Shown here: positions 24,858 to 32,000 of the stretch, piece after piece
Layout: the number at the start of each line of letters is the position of its first letter
Numbering within the stretch: the first letter of the stretch is position 1
NCBI GenBank assembly: GCA_037444445.1
Contig: JBBIMK010000020.1
Location: forward strand, 5,047-37,046
Reading direction: 5' to 3'
From: a bacterium
GTDB lineage: Bacteria > UBP7 > UBA6624 > JBBIMK01
DNA length: 32,000 nucleotides
The notes under the pieces: generated by a model
Seen by the model: only the letters and a program-made list of their open reading frames with translations
What the model was told of the DNA's origin: nothing
Database searches by the model: none
Made by a program: the position numbers and the translations under genes

Positions 24858-25937
24858 TTATGGGATGAGCCCGGGGGAGGAATACAGGTTATGGGCGACG
24901 AAATCCCCCACCTGAGAAGTGGATGCAGTGCCTCCCAGGTCTCGTGTATAAACTCCACCTGCGATGGCTTCATACACCGCCTGTTCAACTTTCACGGCTT
25001 CATTCTGAAATCCGAGGTAATCCAGGAGAAGGGAAAGGCTAAGAATGGCGGCAAAAGGGTTGGCAACATTCTGCCCTGCATATTTAGGGGCGGAGCCATG
25101 GACGGGCTCAAACATACCTTTCCCGCTCTCAGGGTTGATATTTCCCGATGGTGCCACCCCAAGCCCTCCCACGATTTCACCCCCTAAATCAGATAAAATA
25201 TCACCAAACATATTCGTCGTTACAATCACCTGGAATTCCCAGGGCCTTTTCACCAGCTGCTGAGCCGCATTATCCACATAGAGATGGTCCGCCTGAATCC
25301 CCGGATGCTTTTTTGCCTGTGTCCAGAACACCCGTTGCCATAAATCGTGGGCATAAGTGAGCACATTACTTTTATCTACCAGGGTGATGCGTTTTCTCCC
25401 CTTTTCTTCTGCGTAACGAAAAGCATACTCAATAATCCGGTGAACTCCTTTATAGGTGTTCAGGCTTTCTTGAATGGCAATTTCATCCTCTGTGCCTTTC
25501 TTGAAAAATCCACCCTGGGACACATAGAGGTCTTCCGTATTTTCCCGAACGATGACGAAATCAATGTTTTTTTTCTGCTCCAGAGGAGTGAAAGAGGGGT
25601 GAAGGAGCTTCACAGGTCTGAGGTTCACATACAGGTCCAGGCCAAAGCGGATGGTGAGAATAATTTTTTTGGCGTATTCTGGGTCTGAGATTCGGGGGTC
25701 ACCTACGGCTCCCAGATAAATAGCGTCATACGCCTTTAATTCTTCAAATCGCTCTTCTGATAAGGCAACACCGGTTTTGAGATACCCTTCTCCACTGATG
25801 TCCGGGTAAACTTTATAGGAAACGGGCAGGGAAGAGTTGGAAATGAGGGCATTCAGGATTTTCAGCCCTTCTTGAATCACCTCTGCGCCAATACCATCGC
25901 CCGGAATAACCGCAATCCTTTTCATAAAAATTTTCAT
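24858..25937 (-). CDS. Isocitrate/isopropylmalate dehydrogenase-family enzyme (tartrate/D-malate/3-isopropylmalate dehydrogenase-like)
   Basis: RIAVIPGDGIG, AIYLGAVGDP, YVNLRPV, VRENTEDLY and NMFGDILSDLGGEIVGGLGVAPSGNINP. The last two motifs and the ~360-aa length resemble the tartrate-DH / short LeuB subgroup. Substrate cannot be decided from sequence reading. Confidence 0.85.
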   Translation of the reverse strand: MKIFMKRIAVIPGDGIGAEVIQEGLKILNALISNSSLPVSYKVYPDISGEGYLKTGVALSEERFEELKAYDAIYLGAVGDPRISDPEYAKKIILTIRFGLDLYVNLRPVKLLHPSFTPLEQKKNIDFVIVRENTEDLYVSQGGFFKKGTEDEIAIQESLNTYKGVHRIIEYAFRYAEEKGRKRITLVDKSNVLTYAHDLWQRVFWTQAKKHPGIQADHLYVDNAAQQLVKRPWEFQVIVTTNMFGDILSDLGGEIVGGLGVAPSGNINPESGKGMFEPVHGSAPKYAGQNVANPFAAILSLSLLLDYLGFQNEAVKVEQAVYEAIAGGVYTRDLGGTASTSQVGDFVAHNLYSSPGLIP

Positions 25938-25973
25938 CTCCTTGGAAGGAATGGAGAGAAGAAACGGAGACCT

Positions 25974-26798
25974 TCACCTGGGCACTCGTAAATCTATGGG
26001 CTCTCCCTGTATCCACGAACTGGCGTTATCTCCGGAATCCACGAGGCGCACTGAGAAACTGGTGACGAAATGGGTGGCTTCACTTACGGTTCTGGAGGGA
26101 ACTTTGTACACTATTTCCTCCTCTATCGTTTCCTCTAACTGCAGAATCTTGAAAGGAATCTTCTCAAATATCAGCGTTTTCCCGCTAATTTTTTCCTTCC
26201 GACTCATAGCATCAATCTCGGTGGTGGGATAAGATTTTTCACCCTCAAAATAAATTAGAGGAGCGGTGTATTCTTGCTCCTGGATGGATAACTTTCCTTC
26301 ACCGATGGGAGTTTTCTTCACCGGGATGTCGGAAGACAGGAGGCGAAAGGGCCAGAGGAGATTGTAATCCGGAGAAATATCCAGGGTGGTGAACAGTGGA
26401 GAGCGGTCAGTTTCTTGAATCATATATTCCTTTGCAGTATTCAAAAAGTTCCCGCTTTTCAGGTCATTCTCGTGGACGAGGAACTTTACTTTCTGGTAGG
26501 AAGTGGGGTTTTCTCCCTCCCCCAGGTCATATTCCACCCAGTAGTAGATTTGAACATTCTGGTGTTGTTTCCTTTCTTTTCGCTTTTCCATTCCTACAAT
26601 GGCAATTCTGAGGGTAAAGACCTGACGTTGAATTTCAGCGTCGCTTTGCCCTTTGAACACGCGATATCGGGAGCGGTATCCCCGATAGATGGCATATTTA
26701 CCCACTTCCTCTTTCCAGTCCGCGGGGAACGAAAGGGCGGAATCCGTCATCCAGAGAAAGAAAACAACAGAGAGGAAAAAAATCCGAAGGCTCATCAT
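25974..26798 (-). CDS. Secreted hypothetical protein (274 aa)
   Basis: Signal peptide MMSLRIFFLSVVFFLWMTDSALS. Its start overlaps the stop of the upstream response-regulator gene by 4 nt (ATGA). I recognise no family. Confidence 0.7.
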   Translation of the reverse strand: MMSLRIFFLSVVFFLWMTDSALSFPADWKEEVGKYAIYRGYRSRYRVFKGQSDAEIQRQVFTLRIAIVGMEKRKERKQHQNVQIYYWVEYDLGEGENPTSYQKVKFLVHENDLKSGNFLNTAKEYMIQETDRSPLFTTLDISPDYNLLWPFRLLSSDIPVKKTPIGEGKLSIQEQEYTAPLIYFEGEKSYPTTEIDAMSRKEKISGKTLIFEKIPFKILQLEETIEEEIVYKVPSRTVSEATHFVTSFSVRLVDSGDNASSWIQGEPIDLRVPR

Positions 26799-27766
26799 CC
26801 CACCTCCCTTGAAGTGACAATGTGTCCGGGGACGCCCGACCGGGCAAGAGCCAGGGCTCGTTCCACGATGGAAAGGATAGAGGAATTGTCACGGGCGCGC
26901 TTATCCTCCGTAGAAGCCACTCCGATGCTGATTGAAAGTTTCAGGATTCCTCCGGATACTCGAAAGGGCGTTTCAGAAACTTTCCGGCGAATGCGCTCAG
27001 CCAGGCAAAGGGCGCCTTCTTCCCCCGTTTGCGTGGCGATGATAAGGAATTGATGAGAGTCATAGCGGATAATGGCATCCGAGCGTCGGATCATCCCTTT
27101 GAGCAAATCAGCGAGCATCTTCAGAATGGATTCTCCAGCCTCTTTCCCATACCTGGACTCCTGCTGGGAAAACTCATCCGCAGCGAGCAGGAGAATAGAG
27201 AACACCAGTTCATAACGCCGAGCCCGTTCTAATTCTTCCATCAGCCGGGGCTTCAAGTATTTCCGGTTGTATAATCCCGTCAAATCGTCCAGAAGAGTGA
27301 GGTCTTCCAGTTCCTCTTCTCGTTCTTTCAGGAGTTCTATGAAACGGACCAGGGACCGGACTTTCATGATTAACTCCCGTGCATCAAAGGGCTTGGTGAT
27401 ATAATCCAGTGCTCCCAGTTCCAGGCCGGTTAAAACGGACAATTTGTCGGATTTAGAAGAGACGAAAATGAGAGGGGTCTTCCGCCCTTCACGGGAAGAT
27501 TTCATCCGTCTTGCCACTTCAAACCCATCCACACCCGGCATCAGAACATCCATAATAACCACATCAGGCTTTTGGTCATAGAAAAACTTCAAGGCTTCCT
27601 CTCCATTCTCGGCTTTGATCACCCGGTAAGATTTGCCCAGAGCAATGCGATAAAATTCCAGCGTTTCAGGGTTGCTTTCTACCGCCAGCACCTTATATTC
27701 CGGCTCTTCCTCACCCGGTTTTTCTTTTTCCGGGGTTCTCTTCTCTTCATTCATCCACCTTATCAT
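26795..27766 (-). CDS. Response regulator: REC domain + degenerate GGDEF domain (DSHQF at the active site, RxxD I-site retained)
   Basis: REC landmarks: DVVIMDVLMPGVDG (phospho-acceptor Asp), FVSS, YITKPF. GGDEF-domain landmarks: DDLTGLYNRKYL; RRSDAIIRYDSHQFLII (codons at 27047-27061 read D-S-H-Q-F where GG(D/E)EF is expected). Confidence 0.85.
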   Translation of the reverse strand: MIRWMNEEKRTPEKEKPGEEEPEYKVLAVESNPETLEFYRIALGKSYRVIKAENGEEALKFFYDQKPDVVIMDVLMPGVDGFEVARRMKSSREGRKTPLIFVSSKSDKLSVLTGLELGALDYITKPFDARELIMKVRSLVRFIELLKEREEELEDLTLLDDLTGLYNRKYLKPRLMEELERARRYELVFSILLLAADEFSQQESRYGKEAGESILKMLADLLKGMIRRSDAIIRYDSHQFLIIATQTGEEGALCLAERIRRKVSETPFRVSGGILKLSISIGVASTEDKRARDNSSILSIVERALALARSGVPGHIVTSREVG

Positions 27767-27793
27767 TATATACTTTATTTTGTGGAATTACAA

Positions 27794-28354
27794 ATGAAAG
27801 GAAAGGAAGACCGGCAGAAGTTAAAGCAGTGGATACGAGAGCGTTCTCTCCAGATTTCCGAGGTGGAGGAATTCACGCTGTCAAGCGGGCGGAAAAGCCG
27901 GTTCTACATCAACCTCAAAAAAATGACTTTTCATCCCCCGACTCTCCATTTTCTTGCCTCCGTGATTTTAGACTTCATCGGGGATGAGAAAGTGGATGCG
28001 GTGGGGGGGCTGACCCTCGGCGCTGACCCCATTGCCTTTGCCGTTTCCCTCGCAAGCCTCTCTTCACCCTGCCCCATTAAACCCTTCGTCGTCCGAAAAG
28101 AAACCAAATCTCACGGCATCCTTAAGAGGATAGAGGGTGACATTCAGCCCGGTGAACGAGTGATTATCCTGGAAGATGTGGCCACCACGGGCAACTCCTG
28201 TTTAACAGCCGCTCAAGCGGCGAAAGAAGCGGGCTTGCAGGTTCTTTATGTTCTCGCCGTGGTAGACCGCCAGGAAGGCGCCTGTGAAACCCTGAAATCT
28301 GCCGGCTTCTCTCTCCGTTCTCTTCTCACTCTATCGGATTTGCTTGCAGATTAA
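27794..28354 (+). CDS. pyrE: Orotate phosphoribosyltransferase
   Basis: FTLSSGRKSRFYIN, VDAVGGLTLGADPIA, VVRKETKSHG and the PRPP motif VIILEDVATTGNS. I place the start at ATG 27794 (MKGKEDRQ...) rather than the track's 27572. Confidence 0.9.
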   Translation: MKGKEDRQKLKQWIRERSLQISEVEEFTLSSGRKSRFYINLKKMTFHPPTLHFLASVILDFIGDEKVDAVGGLTLGADPIAFAVSLASLSSPCPIKPFVVRKETKSHGILKRIEGDIQPGERVIILEDVATTGNSCLTAAQAAKEAGLQVLYVLAVVDRQEGACETLKSAGFSLRSLLTLSDLLAD

Positions 28355-28363
28355 ATCCTTCGT

Positions 28364-30358
28364 ATGCCACACGCTGTATTTTCACCCGCGGAGGTTGACC
28401 TCCTCGCTGTAGCATCCCATCTGAAACAACAGGGCGCCTGTGTGTGGCTACCGAAAAGCCTCTCCCATCTGCTGATTCAACAGGGTGAGAAGGAAGAGGC
28501 TTTCTTCCTCGGCCTTTATGCCGGCACCCGCTGGATTCTCAAAGTGGCTTACCCTCAGGAAGCCAGGTGGAGGGAATCCACAAAAGTGGCTATCCACCAC
28601 TGGACGCAGGCCCTCCAGCAAAAGGGATTCAAACTGCTTCAGAGCAATGTTCCAGAGAAAAAAGCGAACCGGGTATTACCAGGGACCTGCGGGGTGATTC
28701 AGAATCTGGAAATCACCTGGCGACAGGTGCTAAAAGCGGGTTCGTGGGAAGAAATTTTCCACCGCAGGGCTCCTCTTTCCGTAGAAATTGGCTTCGGCAG
28801 TGGAGAGTTTCTTGCGCAACTCGCCTCCAGACATCCGAAGCAAAACTTCGTCGGCATAGAAATCTCCAGAGAATCCCTCCGCCGAGCAGAAAAGAAAATC
28901 AAAAGCCTGCGGAATGTGCGTCTGCTGATGTGGGATGGCAAACCTGCGCTCCAGTATCTTTTTTCACCCGCCTCTATCTCCTGTATCTACATTCATTTCC
29001 CATTTCCCTGGGATAAGAAAAAACAGAAAAAAAGAAGATTGGTGGATACTGCATTTGCCCGGCAGGTGGAAGAGAAACTGAGAACCGGAGGGAAGTTCAT
29101 TTTTCTAACAGATTCTGAAAATTATGCAAAGGAAGTTTATGCCCTGTTTTTGAAAAATAAGAAGTTTCGGGTCTCTACGAAATTGGATAAAAAAATTTCC
29201 ACTCGGTACCGGAGGAAATGGGAAAAAGAAGGGAAAAAGATTTATTCCGTTATCGCCGTAAAAACGAAGGGGGCAGGCGTCAAAATTCAAAGGGAAAAAA
29301 TGGAAAAAATCCTGACTTCTGCTCTTTCTTTTTCACTGAAAATCAGCCCGGAAGAAGCATTTCGTATTTTTCAGCCCATCTCCTGCAACTGGAAAAGGAA
29401 AACGGGCATGACCGTGTTCAAGATTTTAGAGGCTTACAGAAGAGACACAAAAATCATCTTCTATGGAAAAATCATAGAGCCTCAACTCAACCTGAAGCAG
29501 GATTTCATCCTGTTACTGGAGCCTGAAGCGAACTCAAGGGGAGTGAAAATCGGAATTCTCCCGGCGGCGCCTCCTTTTCCCACCTCTTCACTAAAAGCGG
29601 GCATAGAATCCTTCAGAAACGAGTTAGAATTTCGCACCCTGAAGGAAAAACTCCTGGAGGTGTATCGGAGATTGTGGGAAGCCTTCGGACCCCAGCACTG
29701 GTGGCCCTGCGACCCGGATTATCATCGCACGATGGGAAGCGACCCGAGGGAAGAAATCATTATCGGTGCCATCCTCACCCAGAATACTGCGTGGAAAAAT
29801 GTGGAAAAATCCATTGAACGGTTAAAACATCTTTCCGCTCTTTCCCTTCAAAAAATCTATGATATGGACGGAGATGAACTCCTGAATGCCATCCGCCCAT
29901 CCGGTTACTTCCAGATAAAAGCCAAAAAACTCAAAGCCTTTGCGGAATTTTTTATTCAAAACCAGGGGGGTAATTTGAATGCCCTTGCAGAAATGCCGGT
30001 TGAACCACTCCGTAAAGTCTTGCTTTCCGTCTGGGGAGTGGGAGAAGAAACTGCGGATTCCATTCTTCTGTATGCATTCCAACAGCCCGTGTTTGTAGTG
30101 GATGCTTACACCCGACGAATCCTTCAGCGACTTGGACTTTCGCGGAAGGAGTATATTTATGGCGAATTGCAGGGTTTATTCCATCAGGCTCTTTCCCGAT
30201 GTTTTTCCGATGGAGTAACTCTCACCCAACTGTATAACGAATATCACGCTTTGATGGTTCGGCATGGCAAAACAGTTTGCCTGAAAAAGGCTCCTCTTTG
30301 CACTTCCTGCCCCCTTCTGCTCCTCTGCCACTATGGAAATTCACAGGGGAAGGGGTAG
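28364..30358 (+). CDS. trmB: Fusion protein: unknown N-terminal domain + TrmB-type tRNA (guanine-N7)-methyltransferase domain + unknown linker domain + endonuclease III/MutY-superfamily HhH-GPD domain with 4Fe-4S loop
   Basis: TrmB core: LSVEIGFGSGEFLAQLASRHPKQNFVGIEI...IYIHFPFPWDKKK...FIFLTDSENYA. C-terminal domain: GAILTQNTAWKNV, HhH WGVGEETADSILLYAF, VVDAYTRRIL (Asp codon at 30101) and Cys-x6-Cys-x2-Cys-x5-Cys (CLKKAPLCTSCPLLLLC). Confidence 0.8.
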   Translation: MPHAVFSPAEVDLLAVASHLKQQGACVWLPKSLSHLLIQQGEKEEAFFLGLYAGTRWILKVAYPQEARWRESTKVAIHHWTQALQQKGFKLLQSNVPEKKANRVLPGTCGVIQNLEITWRQVLKAGSWEEIFHRRAPLSVEIGFGSGEFLAQLASRHPKQNFVGIEISRESLRRAEKKIKSLRNVRLLMWDGKPALQYLFSPASISCIYIHFPFPWDKKKQKKRRLVDTAFARQVEEKLRTGGKFIFLTDSENYAKEVYALFLKNKKFRVSTKLDKKISTRYRRKWEKEGKKIYSVIAVKTKGAGVKIQREKMEKILTSALSFSLKISPEEAFRIFQPISCNWKRKTGMTVFKILEAYRRDTKIIFYGKIIEPQLNLKQDFILLLEPEANSRGVKIGILPAAPPFPTSSLKAGIESFRNELEFRTLKEKLLEVYRRLWEAFGPQHWWPCDPDYHRTMGSDPREEIIIGAILTQNTAWKNVEKSIERLKHLSALSLQKIYDMDGDELLNAIRPSGYFQIKAKKLKAFAEFFIQNQGGNLNALAEMPVEPLRKVLLSVWGVGEETADSILLYAFQQPVFVVDAYTRRILQRLGLSRKEYIYGELQGLFHQALSRCFSDGVTLTQLYNEYHALMVRHGKTVCLKKAPLCTSCPLLLLCHYGNSQGKG

Positions 30359-30363
30359 GAACT

Positions 30364-31656
30364 CTATTCCAGCCCTAACACTGAGCGATAGCCTGGAATA
30401 TCCAGGAATCCGTGGCCACTGATGTTAAAGGCAATCACTTTCTTTTCGCCCGATTCTCTACACTTTAAGGCTTCATCAATAGCCGCACAGATGGAGTAGG
30501 CGGATTCAGGAGCAGGAAGCCAGCCCTCCGTTTCCATAAACATCTTTGCTCTTTCAAAAGGAAGTCTTTCATCCGCCGGGTAAGCCACCGTGTCAATATA
30601 ACCGTGATGTCTCAGGAGGCTGATAATGGGTGAAGAGCCGTGGTATCGCAGGCCATCCGCTTTAATGGGCTTCATCTCAGTGCGATGACCCAGGGTATAC
30701 ATTTTGAGCAGGGGGGTGATTTCTGCGTAATCAGCGAAATCGTATTCATATTTTCCCTGGAGATTCGGGGCAACCTGACTCTGAGCCGCGATGAATTTAA
30801 TCTTCTTCCCTTTCTTCAAAACATCGTGGACAAAGGGCAGAGCAAACCCACCGAAGTTAGAGCCACCACCCAGACAGGAGATGACCACATCAGGATAATC
30901 CTCAAAGATTTCAAACTGCTTTTGCGTTTCCAGCCCAATGATGGTCTGGTGCATCAGTACATGATTCAGCACGGAGCCGAGGCAGTAGGTGGCTTTTGGG
31001 TCCTTTTGAGAATCTTCCAGTCCCTCGGAGATAGCGATGCCCAGCGAGCCGGGGTGTTCAGGGTTCGTGTCGTATAACTTCCTGCCCATTTGAGTTTTCG
31101 GGCTTGGGGAAGCGAACACTTCAGCCCCTAAAAGTTTCATAAAATTCAGTCGGTCTTTCTTCCAGTTATACACACTTCTCACCCAGTAGATGGTGCAACG
31201 AAGGCCGTTGACGGCGGCAGCATAAGCCAGGGCGGTTCCCCACTGCCCTGCCCCTGTTTCCGTGGTCACCCGTTCAAACCCTTCCTGCTTCGCATACCAG
31301 CACTGAGCCAGTGCAGTATTCACTTTGTGGCTACCCGTGGGGCTGAAAAATTCCCCCTTATAATATAGCCTCGCGGGCGTATCCAGCCTTTTCTCTAACT
31401 GCGTGGCACGAAATAATGGGCGGGGCCTCCCGGCCTTCGCATATAAATCCAGGATTCCACCCGGTATATCCACCCAGGGAGCCATAGAAAACTCCTGCTT
31501 TAGACACTCACCAATCATCAAATTCGGCAGATTCTGGAGCCGGGAAGGACCCTCTTTCGGGTCCCTCGGTGGAGGTAAAGGTTCCGGCAGGCTCGGCAGG
31601 ATGTTTAACCACTGCGTTGGCATCTCCTCCACCCTCAAATTCACCATCTTCCTCAT
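30364..31656 (-). CDS. trpB2: TrpB2-type tryptophan synthase beta-like PLP enzyme
   Basis: PLP-lysine motif GEFFSPTGSHKVNTA, ETGAGQWGTA and CLGGGSNFGGF. The ~430-aa length and N-terminal extension are characteristic of the TrpB2 clade. The GGAGGAGG RBS lies upstream of the ATG at 31656. Confidence 0.9.
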   Translation of the reverse strand: MRKMVNLRVEEMPTQWLNILPSLPEPLPPPRDPKEGPSRLQNLPNLMIGECLKQEFSMAPWVDIPGGILDLYAKAGRPRPLFRATQLEKRLDTPARLYYKGEFFSPTGSHKVNTALAQCWYAKQEGFERVTTETGAGQWGTALAYAAAVNGLRCTIYWVRSVYNWKKDRLNFMKLLGAEVFASPSPKTQMGRKLYDTNPEHPGSLGIAISEGLEDSQKDPKATYCLGSVLNHVLMHQTIIGLETQKQFEIFEDYPDVVISCLGGGSNFGGFALPFVHDVLKKGKKIKFIAAQSQVAPNLQGKYEYDFADYAEITPLLKMYTLGHRTEMKPIKADGLRYHGSSPIISLLRHHGYIDTVAYPADERLPFERAKMFMETEGWLPAPESAYSICAAIDEALKCRESGEKKVIAFNISGHGFLDIPGYRSVLGLE

Positions 31657-31723
31657 CCGAATTCCTCCTCCTTCTTAACTTCAGGTTTTACCGCTTTTAA
31701 GTATAACAACTTCCAGTCCTCAC

Positions 31724-31742
31724 GACAATTCCCGGTAGGAAT
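31724..31742. repeat. Partial copy (third hairpin only) of the right-edge repeat
   Basis: GACAATTCCCGGTAGGAAT matches GACAATTCCCGGTGGGAAT at 31884-31902 in 18 of 19 positions. Confidence 0.7.
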
Positions 31743-31826
31743 GCTCTCCGACTGGGGTCGGAGAGAGGGAAGGGGGGAAGGAAAACGAACCTCTATGACT
31801 TTTCCCTTTTCCCTCGCCCCGCATAT

Positions 31827-31902
31827 AGCGGGGCGCCGTTTTCCCGCAATGATTCTTTGCGGGATCCCGCCGTAGTCTGGCGGGACAATTCCCGGTGGGA
31901 AT
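31827..31902. repeat. GC-rich three-hairpin repeat unit, copy 1
   Basis: AGCGGGGCGCCGTTTTCCCGCAATGATTCTTTGCGGGATCCCGCCGTAGTCTGGC (31827-31881) is identical 55/55 to 31946-32000. It contains hairpins CCCGCAA-TGATTCT-TTGCGGG, CCCGCC-GTAGTCT-GGCGGG and AATTCCC-GGT-GGGAATT. Confidence 0.85.
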
Positions 31903-31945
31903 TAGGATTGGTTGATACTTGCAGGAGAGGGAGCCCGGACGCGAG

Positions 31946-32000
31946 AGCGGGGCGCCGTTTTCCCGCAATGATTCTTTGCGGGATCCCGCCGTAGTCTGGC
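31946..32000. repeat. GC-rich three-hairpin repeat unit, copy 2 (truncated by the window edge)
   Basis: Exact 55-nt duplicate of 31827-31881, offset 119 nt. Confidence 0.85.

Noticed and set aside
26415-27053. A 212-aa plus-strand ORF spanning the junction of the two minus-strand genes.
   Set aside because: It is antisense to two well-supported, translationally coupled genes and has no motifs.
27572-27793. A 74-codon N-terminal extension of pyrE given by the ORF track.
   Set aside because: The extension overlaps the response-regulator gene and its upstream region, and its sequence is hydrophobic and non-PyrE-like. The PyrE homology pattern begins after the ATG at 27794.
31827-32000. The right-edge repeats as a possible CRISPR array.
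   Set aside because: Only two full copies are visible. The identical unit is at least 55 nt, longer than CRISPR repeats, and the 119-nt period with a 64-nt divergent segment does not fit repeat/spacer geometry. No cas genes are in the window. This cannot be fully excluded without the sequence beyond 32000.

Overview
This is a bacterial chromosomal window, tightly packed and mid-GC in hand-sampled 60-nt lines. I count about 25 protein genes, one tRNA-Ala(UGC), two decayed genes, one frame-disrupted gene and a GC-rich hairpin repeat block at the right edge. All functional calls come from reading motifs in the supplied translations; no database search was possible.

Layout, left to right:
- 1-2929 (-): an ABC-2 exporter (ATPase plus two permeases) followed by a ubiE/menG-like methyltransferase.
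- 3060-4019 (+): a PAS-GGDEF protein with a degenerate active site.
- 4078-6170: tRNA-Ala, then an AT-rich stretch of gene remnants (lipoprotein-like, HMA/CopZ-like), then a gene whose roughly 0.9 kb core is far more GC-rich than its own ends.
- 6174-12328 (-): a tight operon, apgM / unknown 434 aa / MBL hydrolase / tldD / pmbA.
- 12382-16983 (+): a divergent operon with a 1188-aa M1-PA-M28 peptidase fusion and an M42 aminopeptidase.
- 16991-18142 (-): an eRF1/Pelota-like protein with GGY in place of GGQ, preceded by a structured leader.
- 18338-24844 (+): a GH15-like glycosidase, an Amj-like membrane protein, a secreted HExxH/TSP3 protein and a CbiX-like gene split at an A_AAA_AAC heptamer.
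- 24858-27766 (-): an isopropylmalate/tartrate dehydrogenase-family gene, a secreted unknown protein and a REC-GGDEF protein with a degenerate active site.
- 27794-30358 (+): pyrE and a TrmB / endonuclease-III-like fusion.
- 30364-31656 (-): a stand-alone TrpB2.

I found no canonical defence system, CRISPR array, integrase or transposase. The most unusual items are the GGQ-less eRF1-like gene with its anti-SD-like leader, the TrmB-HhH-GPD fusion, the M1-M28 fusion, the unknown gene embedded in the tldD/pmbA operon, the tRNA-linked compositional mosaic, and the three-hairpin repeat cut by the window edge.
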